The translations under genes were made by a program, and so were the position numbers. The notes below the pieces were generated by a model. The model saw nothing but the letters and a program-made list of their open reading frames with translations. It did not search any database and was not told where the DNA came from. From Acidobacteriota bacterium (GTDB lineage: Bacteria > Acidobacteriota > Blastocatellia > UBA7656), in contig JBFMDH010000002.1 of the NCBI GenBank assembly GCA_040754075.1, positions 326,221 through 390,220 on the forward strand: DNA of 64,000 nt, in the 5' to 3' direction. Shown here one piece after another: positions 39,652 to 49,401 of this stretch. The stretch's first letter is position 1; each line of letters opens with the position of its first letter.

Positions 39652-40833
39652 ATGCAAGTTGCAAAACTGACCACAAAAGCCATGATCTGGTTTAAAACCA
39701 TGCTGGTCGCAGGCGTGTACGTCATTGCCATCGCAATGGTTTTCGCCAAAGTATTTTCCAAAACCCCTGACACCTTGCCCTTTCTGATTGCGCTTTCATT
39801 TTTGGCGGTGCAGACCGGCGCTATCGTGGCGTTGATTGCCGTGGTTATTTACAAAAGAGTGTTTGCGGAAATCAAAGCGAAACGTGAACGGAAAATTTTA
39901 CCGGTCATTCGTGAACTGCTGGCAGCGCATACGCTCGGCGATGACCGTTTGGCGGAACTCCGAGAACTGAATGGCGATTACCCGGATGAGGTCGAACAGA
40001 GTCTTGCGCACTTTCTCACCTCATTTACCGGCGAAGCGCGAGACCGCATTTCCGAACTGGCAGTGAATCTGGGGCTTTTGCGACGATGGGTAAAGCGCAG
40101 TAAATCGTTCAATCCGGCGCGTCGCGAAGAGGCGATACTCAGAATCGGACAGTTGACCTGCGATGAAGCGAGCGACCTGCTGTTTGCCGCGCTGAAAGAT
40201 GACGAACCGGGCGCGCGCACGGAAGCCTATCGCGCCTTGATTCGGTCGGAACAGCCTGACCGCATCGCGCAAGTATTTCCCTTCATCGCCAGTGAATCAC
40301 TGCTTGTACGGGCATTGCTGGTTGACGAACTGCAACCGCACGCGCTCTTTTTAATCAAAGCAGTCATCCCCGAATTGATTTCCTCAAACGATGCGAAAAA
40401 AATCATGGCGACGTTTGAATTGATTGGCGCGTGGAAAAATATTCTGCCGCTTGCTGATGTCTTTCATCTGCTCGACCATTCCGAACCCGAAGTCCGCGCC
40501 AAAGCCTTGCGGGCGCTCTCTTACACGATGGCTGGCGAAGAGTTGGAAATCCGTATCATCAACGCCTTTGAAGATGAACACCACGAAGTCAAAATCGCTG
40601 CCGCTTACGCTGCCGCAAGACTAAAAATCGAACAGGCGCTCGAAAAATTAGAACATTGTTTGCAGGATGCCCGTGAAGAAGTTCGCCGCGCCGCTGCCTA
40701 TGCGCTCGCCCAACTGGGCGCGAAAGGCACGGCGGTGCTTGAACGCGAAATGCTCTCCGCCAATCACTATACCGCGTCAACGGCGCTTGAAATGCTTGAG
40801 CGCGTCTACATAGACCGATGTGAGGTCGTATGA
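39652..40833 (+). CDS. HEAT/PBS-lyase-repeat protein with two N-terminal TM helices
   Basis: Two N-terminal hydrophobic helices, then repeated EVRxxAxxALxxLG HEAT-like units. The stop overlaps the GT2 gene start (ATGA). Confidence 0.6.
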   Translation: MQVAKLTTKAMIWFKTMLVAGVYVIAIAMVFAKVFSKTPDTLPFLIALSFLAVQTGAIVALIAVVIYKRVFAEIKAKRERKILPVIRELLAAHTLGDDRLAELRELNGDYPDEVEQSLAHFLTSFTGEARDRISELAVNLGLLRRWVKRSKSFNPARREEAILRIGQLTCDEASDLLFAALKDDEPGARTEAYRALIRSEQPDRIAQVFPFIASESLLVRALLVDELQPHALFLIKAVIPELISSNDAKKIMATFELIGAWKNILPLADVFHLLDHSEPEVRAKALRALSYTMAGEELEIRIINAFEDEHHEVKIAAAYAAARLKIEQALEKLEHCLQDAREEVRRAAAYALAQLGAKGTAVLEREMLSANHYTASTALEMLERVYIDRCEVV

Positions 40834-42302
40834 TGCTGCTGGAATTCAATATCAACTTTTACAAAATATTCAATTTCTTTGAGTATTTCATCATTCTGTA
40901 TGTCGGTCTCATCGCGGTTATCTATTTTTTAATGATGACGCTTGGCTATTTCGGATTGCGCAATTATCGCGCGCGATTCAAACGCGATGAACTGGAAGCC
41001 TTGTTGAAATCGCCCCTGTTGCCGCAGGTCGCCATTCTCGCGCCGGCATATAACGAAGCCGCAACCTGTCGCGACAGTGTGCGCGCCATGCTCAAGTTGC
41101 ATTATCCGAATCACGAAGTCATCGTCATTAACGACGGTTCCAAAGATGACACCCTGAACATTCTCATCGAAGAGTTTCGCCTGTATCGTTCGAGTCGCGT
41201 GGCATCGGATGCCATCGTCACCAAACCGATTAAAGCGATTTACGAATCCCGCGACCCCATTCGCCTGGTGGTGATTGATAAAGAAAATGGCGGCAAAGCC
41301 GATTCCTTGAATGCCGGATTGAATGTTGCGCGCGCCTCGCTGGTTTGCGCCGTGGATGCCGATTCACTGCTTGAATCGGATGCTTTGCTGCTTTCCGTAA
41401 AACCTTTTCTGGAAGAGCCTGATAAAACCATCGCGGTTGGTGGAACGATTCGCATCGCCAACGGTTGTTCCGTCGAACATGGGAAAATCACCCGCGTGGT
41501 TGCGCCCAATTCGATGCTTGCCAAATTTCAAGCCGTCGAATATATGCGGGCATTTTTAGGCGGGCGCGTGGCATTCAGTTTCATCAATGCATTGTTGATT
41601 ATCTCAGGCGCGTTCGGGGTTTTTCGCCGTGATGCGATGCTGGCGATTGGCGGATTTTATCCCGACACGGTTGGCGAAGATATGGAACTGGTGGTGCGAC
41701 TCCACAGAACCTGGCGCGAAATGAAAAAGGATTATCGCATCGTGTTTATTCCTGAGCCGGTGTGTTGGACGGAAGTGCCTGAGAAATTAAAAATCCTGCA
41801 TCGCCAGCGCAATCGCTGGCAACGCGGCACCGTTGATAGTCTCTGGTTTCATCGCAAAATGATGTTCAATCCGAAATACGGGGTGATTGGCACCTTTGCT
41901 TTTCCCTATTTTCTGATGTTTGAAATGTTCGGTCCAGCGGTTGAAGCGACCGGTTATTTTCTGACGGTTATCGGGCTTTTTTTGAACATCATTTCCTGGA
42001 AAGCGGCGTTTCTGTTTTTTCTGGTTTCGGTGGTCTTCGGTATTCTGCTCTCCGTCAGTGCATTTATTCTTGAAGAACTCACGTTGCGTCGCTATCCAAC
42101 ACTCAAAGATGCAAGCAAACTGTTCATTGCCGCCATCATTGAAAATTTCGGGTTTCGCCAACTGATGACCCTGTGGCGAGCCGAAGGGTTGATTGATGGC
42201 ATCCGTCGCAAACAGGGGTGGGGGGCAATGGAACGCAAAGGATTTCAAGCTACACAAGCCATTCAACAACCGACCGCTGCGCCGCCAAACCCGCTACCGT
42301 AG
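40830..42302 (+). CDS. family-2 glycosyltransferase, processive synthase type (PgaC/IcaA/HmsR-like, poly-beta-1,6-GlcNAc synthase family)
   Basis: N- and C-terminal TM helices, DxD-type motifs (NDGSKDDT, DADS), GGKADSLNAG and the QRNRW processivity motif. Similarity to PgaC is from memory of conserved blocks. Confidence 0.75.
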   Translation: MMLLEFNINFYKIFNFFEYFIILYVGLIAVIYFLMMTLGYFGLRNYRARFKRDELEALLKSPLLPQVAILAPAYNEAATCRDSVRAMLKLHYPNHEVIVINDGSKDDTLNILIEEFRLYRSSRVASDAIVTKPIKAIYESRDPIRLVVIDKENGGKADSLNAGLNVARASLVCAVDADSLLESDALLLSVKPFLEEPDKTIAVGGTIRIANGCSVEHGKITRVVAPNSMLAKFQAVEYMRAFLGGRVAFSFINALLIISGAFGVFRRDAMLAIGGFYPDTVGEDMELVVRLHRTWREMKKDYRIVFIPEPVCWTEVPEKLKILHRQRNRWQRGTVDSLWFHRKMMFNPKYGVIGTFAFPYFLMFEMFGPAVEATGYFLTVIGLFLNIISWKAAFLFFLVSVVFGILLSVSAFILEELTLRRYPTLKDASKLFIAAIIENFGFRQLMTLWRAEGLIDGIRRKQGWGAMERKGFQATQAIQQPTAAPPNPLP

Positions 42303-43811
42303 CCGTTTTCGCGGCTCTATACGTTTGACGAATTTCCCTTCAAGATTGAGCACCTCGACAGTGCCGAGTTCGGCGAGTTGCGCGCCGAGTTTCGCCGCAT
42401 CGCCGACCACAATAATAATTGCATCATTGGTTTGAATATATTTTTGCGCGGCTTGCTGGATTTGTTCGGCAGTGACGGCTTCAACGCGCTCACGATAGGT
42501 TTCCAGAATAGTTTTCGGCAGTCCGAGCATTCGATAGGTGACGATGCGGTCGGTGATGCCGCCCTGGGTTGAAAGCGAAAGCGAAAAATAACCGTTCAAA
42601 TAATTCTTGGCGTTTTGCAAGTCAGCGGCGCTTACGGGGACTCTACGCAGGCGTTCAAATTCCGCGAGCATCTCTTTGATTGCTGCAAGAGTCACAGCGG
42701 TTCGGGTCTCACTTGCGCCGAAAAAGACGCCGCGCTGGCGCGGAGCCGCGACCGAACTCGACACGTCATAAGTGAAACCTTTCTTCTCGCGCAAATTCAA
42801 AAAAAGTCGGGAACTTGTCCCATCACCTAAAATCGCGTTCGCGACCAGCAGCGGGAAAAAATCTGCGTCGGCGCGCGCCACGCCTAAACTGCCGATGCGA
42901 AAATCGGCTTGTTCGGATGCGGCGCGGTCAATCAGATAAATTTTGCGTTTCGTGGATTCGGGCATCGCTGGCAATGTCGCGGTTTGCGAATCGGCGGATT
43001 GCCATTTGCCGAAAAGCGCTTCTAGTTTGCCCTGGATTTTCGTCGCATCAAAGTCACCTGTCACAACCAATATGGAATTGGTCGGGGTGTAATAGCTTTT
43101 GTGAAAGCTTGCGATTTTTGCGCGGTCAATCGCCGCGATAGATTCCGGCGTAGGCGTTGAGTTGGCGTAAGGGTGCGCGCCATAAATGGCTTTATAAAAT
43201 TGCCGGGCGACGAGAAACGACGGCTCCTGTCGTTGCACGGTTAAACTTTCAACGCGATTTTTTTTGTAGAGCGCAACTTCGTTTTCAGGAAAACTCGGAT
43301 GCAAAACGGCATCGCTGAATACCTCAAGCATGCGTTCAAGGTTTTCGGCAATCACCGTGGTCATGATTTCCGTGTAATCTTCATAAGACGCGGCGGATAG
43401 TTGCGCGCCCAGGGTTTCAACTTCGCGGTCGATTTCTACACTGGTACGATTGCCAGAGCCTTCGGTGATGAGCGCAGCGGTAGTTTCAGCAAGTCCCGTG
43501 AGGTTGGGCGGGTCGTTGATGTCACCAACCGGAATCCCCAGGTTGACACTAACCATCGGAATGCGATGGTCGGGAATTAAAATCAGTGTCAGTCCGTTAT
43601 CAAGTTTGACTTCACGCTGATTGGGTAATTTCAAAGGACGTGGCGGAACCTGCGGCGGCGGCTGTTTGCGCCAGGCTTCAATGACGGTGGTTTTTTTAGT
43701 CGGAGCGGTTTGGTTTTTTTGCGGGCGTTGTGCAACGCCGCTTATCTGGATAGCGATAAGCAAAAGTAACGCAAGGCTCAGGTTGCCAGATAACGCTTTC
43801 TTCATCTTCAT
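42294..43811 (-). CDS. M16-family peptidase, non-catalytic subunit (no HxxEH)
   Basis: Insulinase fold with a signal peptide and no inverted zincin motif. Paired with the catalytic M16 gene at 44627. Confidence 0.7.
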   Translation of the reverse strand: MKMKKALSGNLSLALLLLIAIQISGVAQRPQKNQTAPTKKTTVIEAWRKQPPPQVPPRPLKLPNQREVKLDNGLTLILIPDHRIPMVSVNLGIPVGDINDPPNLTGLAETTAALITEGSGNRTSVEIDREVETLGAQLSAASYEDYTEIMTTVIAENLERMLEVFSDAVLHPSFPENEVALYKKNRVESLTVQRQEPSFLVARQFYKAIYGAHPYANSTPTPESIAAIDRAKIASFHKSYYTPTNSILVVTGDFDATKIQGKLEALFGKWQSADSQTATLPAMPESTKRKIYLIDRAASEQADFRIGSLGVARADADFFPLLVANAILGDGTSSRLFLNLREKKGFTYDVSSSVAAPRQRGVFFGASETRTAVTLAAIKEMLAEFERLRRVPVSAADLQNAKNYLNGYFSLSLSTQGGITDRIVTYRMLGLPKTILETYRERVEAVTAEQIQQAAQKYIQTNDAIIIVVGDAAKLGAQLAELGTVEVLNLEGKFVKRIEPRKRLR

Positions 43812-44587
43812 TAAATTTTATCGGGGTCTTTGCCGAGTTCGCGCAGCCTTGCCGCCAACCGTTCAGCTTTTTGCAACGCTTCTTCGGCTTTCAGCAATGC
43901 GGCTTCTTTTTCGGCGCGTTCTTTTTCTTTTTCGGCGCGTTCAAGTTTGGCGCGTTCTTCGCCGGTTAGCAGCAGATTGCCTGCTTCATCAACCCAGCGC
44001 AACCAGGCGCGCTTGACGCCTTCAAATTCGCCTTCCCACAAAATCAATCCCAAGCCGATGGTTTCGAGTTTGTGAGAGAGCTGTTTGCGGTAACGAAAGC
44101 CATGTAGTTTATAAATCGTCAGCACGTTTTTGCTGAGAAATTTATCCGGGTCGAAGATGACATAATATTCGACCTTCATCCGCGCATACTTGCGCATCTT
44201 TTCACCGGCTTCTTCGCCGACCTGATTGGAAACGATTTCGAGAGCGACTTCGGGCGGTTTGCCAAATTCCCAGATGAAGTACGAGCGGTGCTCTTTCGCC
44301 CACCAGTCTTCGGCGACTTCGACATCAAGGCTTAAAAATATATCCGGCACCACCGGCGGATTTTTCGCTTGATAAAAAATGCCGACGTTGGCACAGGCTA
44401 AAAATTTGCGCTTCCCCTCAACGTCTTTCCACGAAGTGTAAAGTGTGCGGGTGAGCAAGCGTTGCTGTTTCTCCGAAGGGATATTATCCACAGGTTCATC
44501 ATCCTCCGTGATGAGGTCTTCGATATTTGGCGTATAGAGATTAAGCGCCTGTGACATAAGCTTTCCTCCGCTTGAACTGGCAACCAC
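43811..44587 (-). CDS. Uma2-family (DUF820) putative restriction-endonuclease-like protein with C-terminal Glu/Lys/Ala coiled coil
   Basis: PD-(D/E)xK-like core (DIFLSLDVEV...EYFIWEF...EIVS) typical of the Uma2 family, and a C-terminal KLERAEKEKERAEKEAALLKAEEALQKAERLAARLREL tail. Confidence 0.65.
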   Translation of the reverse strand: MVASSSGGKLMSQALNLYTPNIEDLITEDDEPVDNIPSEKQQRLLTRTLYTSWKDVEGKRKFLACANVGIFYQAKNPPVVPDIFLSLDVEVAEDWWAKEHRSYFIWEFGKPPEVALEIVSNQVGEEAGEKMRKYARMKVEYYVIFDPDKFLSKNVLTIYKLHGFRYRKQLSHKLETIGLGLILWEGEFEGVKRAWLRWVDEAGNLLLTGEERAKLERAEKEKERAEKEAALLKAEEALQKAERLAARLRELGKDPDKI

Positions 44588-44626
44588 TCCCAGTTTATGA
44601 GTTGCATCCGGTTGCCGTCAATCAGG

Positions 44627-46036
44627 TCATTTCCTGGCAGCGGGTTTAATGTAGAGCACTGTGCGGTTGGCGGTGCCGAAATATTTTTTTGCAGCGTTGC
44701 GCACCTGCTCCGGTGTGACTGCGAGATAACGCTCAAGTTCCGTGTTAATGAGTGACGGGTCATTGTCAAAGAGCGTGTATTCGGCAAGCATCAAGGCGCG
44801 ACCAAGCGCCGTTTGCACACTGGTGTATTCGCCGTCTTCACCGCCAACGAACTGTCCCAGCCGGTATTGATTTTTAACCTTCGCGAGTTCTTCGCGACTC
44901 ACCCCTGCGGATTTGATGCGTTCAAATTCGGCTTCGATGAGCGATTGAATTTGTTCGGGCTTGGCATCTTGTTTGAGAATCGAAAAGACCGTAAGCGCCG
45001 AAGGTCCGCGCCGTTCATCCATCATGCCCTGCACTTCGAGCGCCACCTGTTTGTCTTTCACCAAGGTTTGATAGAGCCTGGCGCTTTCGCCATCAAACAG
45101 TATGGATTTAAGCATGGCTATCGGATAAGCGTCGGGCGCGCGCCGCGGCGGCAGTTTCCAGGCAATGGCAATCGCAGGGGTTTCGGCGTGCGTGTCTTCG
45201 GCAAGGTTTTTTTGCAACACGGTTTCAAAAGGTTCCGTGACATCGACAGCAGGCGGCGCGGGTTGTTTCGCTATGGTTGAAAAATATTTGCGCACCAGCG
45301 TTTCCGCCTGTGCCAAATCAATGTCACCGGCAATCGCCAGCACCGCGTTATTCGGCGCGTAATAGATTTTGAAAAAATTCTTCACATCGGTGATGGTTGC
45401 GGCGTCGAGGTCTGCCATTGAACCGATGGTCGAATGGGCGTTTGCCCAGTTTTTGAAAATCGCTTCGTCCATCTTTGTCAGCGCCGGCCAGTACGCTTGA
45501 TTATCCACGTTCAAACGTTTCTCTTCCTTAACCGCCTCTTTTTGATTCTGCAAATTGGCGGGCGTAATTTTCAAACTGCGCATGCGGTCGGATTCCAGCC
45601 ACAAAGCCATTTCCAATTGATTGGATGGCAGAAATTCGTAGTAGTTGGTGTAGTCGGTGTGCGTCGAACCATTCAAAAAACCGCCGTTATTTTCGACATA
45701 TTTGAAATGCCCGGCTTTTTCGATGTTTTCCGAACCTTGAAACATCATATGCTCGAAAAGGTGCGCAAACCCCGAACGCCCTTTAACTTCGTTGCGCGAC
45801 CCGACATCGTAATAAACCGCTACGGCGACAACCGGAGCCGCGTGGTCTTCCGAAAGCACCACGCGCAAACCGTTTTCGAGTTGAAATTGTTTAAACGGCA
45901 CATTGAACGATTGCGCGAAATGAACAGAGATAGATGGGATAAACAGGATGTAAACAAGCGAAAAGCAAACCGCAAGCTTGCATAAATCCGGTTTTGCCTT
46001 TTGCCTTTTGCCTTTTGCCTTTTGCCTTAATTTCAT
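44627..46036 (-). CDS. M16-family zinc peptidase, catalytic subunit
   Basis: HLFEHMMFQG is an inverted zincin HxxEH, there is a downstream Glu, and a signal peptide is present. The Lys-rich N-region is encoded by a TTTTGCC x5 heptamer array (45996-46030). Confidence 0.8.
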   Translation of the reverse strand: MKLRQKAKGKRQKAKPDLCKLAVCFSLVYILFIPSISVHFAQSFNVPFKQFQLENGLRVVLSEDHAAPVVAVAVYYDVGSRNEVKGRSGFAHLFEHMMFQGSENIEKAGHFKYVENNGGFLNGSTHTDYTNYYEFLPSNQLEMALWLESDRMRSLKITPANLQNQKEAVKEEKRLNVDNQAYWPALTKMDEAIFKNWANAHSTIGSMADLDAATITDVKNFFKIYYAPNNAVLAIAGDIDLAQAETLVRKYFSTIAKQPAPPAVDVTEPFETVLQKNLAEDTHAETPAIAIAWKLPPRRAPDAYPIAMLKSILFDGESARLYQTLVKDKQVALEVQGMMDERRGPSALTVFSILKQDAKPEQIQSLIEAEFERIKSAGVSREELAKVKNQYRLGQFVGGEDGEYTSVQTALGRALMLAEYTLFDNDPSLINTELERYLAVTPEQVRNAAKKYFGTANRTVLYIKPAARK

Positions 46037-46054
46037 TTGGTATTCCTTGAGAAA

Positions 46055-47401
46055 TTAAATCACCCCCATGCGTTTGCCGACTTTTTGAAATGCCGCAAGC
46101 GCGCGGTCTAAATCGTCGCGGGTGTGAGCGGCGGAAATCTGGGCGCGAAGTCGGGCTTCGCCTTTCGGAACCACCGGATACCACAGCCCTTTGATGTAGA
46201 CGCCTTCGGGGAGTAGTTCGCGGCTCATGTCCTGCGCGATGGCAGCTTCACCGAGCATGATCGGCACAATCGCATGCGTACCTTCGATGATAGTGAAACC
46301 AAGATCGACAATCTCTTTGCGAAAATAGGCGGTGTTATCCTGCAATTGTTTGACGATGGAAAAATCGCTTTCGATTAAATCGAGCGCGGCAATCGAACCG
46401 GCAACCACCGATGGCGGCATGGTATTTGAAAATGTATAAGGACGCGATTTCTGCCTGAGAAATTCAATCAATTCTTTGCGACCGGCAATAAATCCGCCCG
46501 ATGCGCCGCCGAGGGCTTTGCCAAATGTCCCGGTGATGACATCAATCTCGCCGAGCACATTTTGTTCTTCGGGTGTGCCGCGTCCGGTTTTACCGAGCAC
46601 GCCGGTTGAATGCGATTCGTCAACGACAAGTAATGCTTGATGTTCTTTAGCGATGCTGACCAGTTCCGGCAGGTGCGCGAGTTCGCCTTCCATTGAAAAG
46701 ACGCCGTCGGTGACGATGATTTTGATGCGGTAATTTTTATCGCGGTCTTCTTCGAGCATCTGTTTCAAATGCTCAAGGTCGTTATGGCGATAGGGGCGTG
46801 AAACCGTCGGTTTGGCAATCATTCGACAAAGGCGTATGCCATCGATGATGCTTGCGTGATTGAGCGCATCACTATAAATCGCGTCTTGATAATTCTGTTC
46901 ACCGAAATCGTTGGCAAGAAGCGCCGAGAAAAACGCTTCGTTGGCGGCAAAACATGACGAATGCAAAATCGCCGTTTCACAACCGACAAACTGCGCGATG
47001 CGGCGTTCGAGTTCAAAATGAATCGGCTCGGTGCCGCATAAAAAACGAACCGACGCTAAGCCGTATCCCCATTCATCAAGCCCGCGATGCGCGGCTTCTT
47101 TAACTTTGGGATGATTCGCCAGCCCCAGATAGTTATTCGATGCCAGCATCACGACATTTTCATGACCCACTGTGACGGTGCCGCCTTGTTCGCTCTCTAG
47201 CGGCACTTCGTATTTGAAGGTCTTGGCGGCTTTGATATTTTCGAGTTCATTTGCAAGCGTGTTATAAAGTTCATTGACCTGCATAATTTCGTCTCCTTGG
47301 ATGGCATTTGGAATATATTCAATGCGAGGCGAAATTATAGTTTGTAGAAAGTCATTTGTGTAATCGCTGTGCAAGACTTGCGTGTAGGAAGGCATATCCA
47401 A
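46055..47401 (-). CDS. kbl: glycine C-acetyltransferase (2-amino-3-ketobutyrate CoA ligase), alpha-oxoamine synthase family; ~40-aa N-terminal extension or internal start
   Basis: Block-wise match to Kbl: [41 protein letters not shown] (PLP Lys), [23 protein letters not shown]. BioF or serine palmitoyltransferase is not fully excluded. Confidence 0.8.
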   Translation of the reverse strand: MDMPSYTQVLHSDYTNDFLQTIISPRIEYIPNAIQGDEIMQVNELYNTLANELENIKAAKTFKYEVPLESEQGGTVTVGHENVVMLASNNYLGLANHPKVKEAAHRGLDEWGYGLASVRFLCGTEPIHFELERRIAQFVGCETAILHSSCFAANEAFFSALLANDFGEQNYQDAIYSDALNHASIIDGIRLCRMIAKPTVSRPYRHNDLEHLKQMLEEDRDKNYRIKIIVTDGVFSMEGELAHLPELVSIAKEHQALLVVDESHSTGVLGKTGRGTPEEQNVLGEIDVITGTFGKALGGASGGFIAGRKELIEFLRQKSRPYTFSNTMPPSVVAGSIAALDLIESDFSIVKQLQDNTAYFRKEIVDLGFTIIEGTHAIVPIMLGEAAIAQDMSRELLPEGVYIKGLWYPVVPKGEARLRAQISAAHTRDDLDRALAAFQKVGKRMGVI

Positions 47402-48042
47402 TGAAAATAATTTCAGTCAATGTCGGACAACCCAGAGAAATCACGGTTGATGGGCAAACGATTTTAACGGGCATTTTTAAAGAACCGATTGCCGGGCGAG
47501 TTGGCGTGCGACGGCATAATCTGGATGGCGACCGGCAAGCCGATTTAACTGTACATGGCGGGGTGCATAAAGCGGTTTATGCCTACGGGGCAGAGCATTA
47601 TGAATTCTGGAAAAGGGAACTCGCGGAAATGGAATTAGCGTTTGGGGGTTTTGGCGAAAACCTCACCACGGAAGGGCTGGTTGAAGCTGATACGAATATC
47701 GGCGACATCTTTAAAATCGGTTCCGCGTTGTTGCAAGTGACGCAACCGCGTATGCCTTGTTACAAACTGGCTGCGAAATTCGGGCGCAATGACATCATCA
47801 AACGCTTTATGCAAAGCGAACGTTCAGGCATCTACTTTTCGGTGATTGAAGAAGGCGAACTCGGCGCGGGCGATGCAATTGAATTGCTTGAACGCGATAA
47901 AAATGAGGTTCGCGTGCGTGACATCACACGCCTTTATGCAACGCAAAAATACAATGTGGAATTGCTGCGTCGAGCCGTTCAAGTCGAAGCTTTGCCTGTT
48001 GAATGGCGCGATTATTTTCAAGAGCAGTTGCATAAATTGTGA
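47401..48042 (+). CDS. MOSC-domain protein (YiiM-like); track start 47356
   Basis: MOSC beta-barrel motifs (GDRQADL...VHGG...GENL...MPCYKL). Confidence 0.8.
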   Translation: MKIISVNVGQPREITVDGQTILTGIFKEPIAGRVGVRRHNLDGDRQADLTVHGGVHKAVYAYGAEHYEFWKRELAEMELAFGGFGENLTTEGLVEADTNIGDIFKIGSALLQVTQPRMPCYKLAAKFGRNDIIKRFMQSERSGIYFSVIEEGELGAGDAIELLERDKNEVRVRDITRLYATQKYNVELLRRAVQVEALPVEWRDYFQEQLHKL

Positions 48043-48259
48043 CCTCGTGGCGAGAACTTTCTGAAAGTTCTTAACACCAGGGGCACCAAAGACACGAAAC
48101 GAATAAACAACGAACTGACAGCGACTGCGGTATTTGAAACGCAGCGCGTCACTGATGATTCAGCAAATCTTCGTGGTCTTCGCGCCCTTGGTGTTTTAAC
48201 CTTTGCGCTTCTGTTACTATCTCAAAAGTTTTTGCAAAAAAATCATTGAAGGTGAACGC

Positions 48260-49048
48260 ATGAAAATTGCCATCAACAATATCAATCTTGATTATCGTGA
48301 TGAAGGCGAGGGAACGCCGATAATTTTTATCCACGCCTTTGCGCTCAATCAAACCATGTGGGACGCGCAGGTTGCTGCGCTCAAAAATCAATATCGCGTC
48401 ATCACTGTGGATTTGCGCGGCTTTGGCGCGTCTGATGTCGTGCAGGGCACATCGCACATGGAACAGATGGCGGCAGATATTCACGAATTGATGCGACAAC
48501 TGGCAATCGAAAAAGCTGTGCTCGTCGGGCTTTCGATGGGCGGCTATGTGCTGTTTGCGTTTTATAGAGAATTCAAAGAGGCGGTGCAGGCTCTGGTCTT
48601 TGCCGACACCCGCGCCACCGCAGACACCGATGAAGCGCGCGCCAGTCGGTTGCGCTCGGCAGAAAAAGCCGAACGCGAAGGCTCGGCAGCAATCGCTGAT
48701 GAAACGACGCCGAAACTGCTTGGTGACACCACACTTGCGAGTAACCCCGAACTTGTAAAGCGCGTGCATGCGATGCAGGCGGCGAATTCACCCGATGGCA
48801 TCGCCGCAGCGCAACGCGGCATGGCGGCGCGCTGCGATTCCACGGATTTACTTTCGCAGATTGATTGCCCGACGCTGGTGATTGTCGGGACGGAAGATAA
48901 ACTCACGCCGCCCGCCGAAGCCGAATTGATTCAACGCGGCATACCTCATTCAACCTTGCGTGTGATTGAACGCTCAGGACATCTGGCGAACCTGGAAACG
49001 CCTGAAGAATTTAATCGGGAATTATTGGATTTTATTGAATCGCTTTGA
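48260..49048 (+). CDS. alpha/beta-fold hydrolase (3-oxoadipate enol-lactonase-like); track start 48203
   Basis: HAFALNQTMW, nucleophile elbow GLSMGG, and a C-terminal His region (SGHLANLE). Confidence 0.75.
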   Translation: MKIAINNINLDYRDEGEGTPIIFIHAFALNQTMWDAQVAALKNQYRVITVDLRGFGASDVVQGTSHMEQMAADIHELMRQLAIEKAVLVGLSMGGYVLFAFYREFKEAVQALVFADTRATADTDEARASRLRSAEKAEREGSAAIADETTPKLLGDTTLASNPELVKRVHAMQAANSPDGIAAAQRGMAARCDSTDLLSQIDCPTLVIVGTEDKLTPPAEAELIQRGIPHSTLRVIERSGHLANLETPEEFNRELLDFIESL

Positions 49049-49082
49049 AAGAAATAATCTGAACCGGGTGATTCAGTTGTTC

Positions 49083-49346
49083 TTATTCGACTTTGACCAC
49101 CACATCACCGGCGCGAACTAAACCGAGATAGTGACGCGCAAACTCTTCAATCTTTTTCTTGTCAGATTGCAAGGCGCGAATCTCGCGTTCCAGCCGCTCG
49201 TTTTGAATTTTTAAGGCTTCGATCTTTTCGCTTGACGCCTGGCGCTTGGCTTTAGCGGCAGCAAGTTCGGCACTGGTTCGTGCATAGAACGAAAGACAAA
49301 TCGCCGACACCGCTAAAATAATCATGATAATGATGGCATCCGTCAT
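49083..49346 (-). CDS. ftsB: cell-division protein FtsB/DivIC family (septum formation initiator); track start 49433
   Basis: Short N-terminus, one TM, a coiled coil and a C-terminal YARxxLGxVxxGDVVVK-like motif. Confidence 0.6.
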   Translation of the reverse strand: MTDAIIIMIILAVSAICLSFYARTSAELAAAKAKRQASSEKIEALKIQNERLEREIRALQSDKKKIEEFARHYLGLVRAGDVVVKVE

Positions 49347-49401
49347 GCGGCGTTTGCGCGCTATTTTATCGGCTCTCGCGCCAACCAGCGTATCCACTCG
49401 A

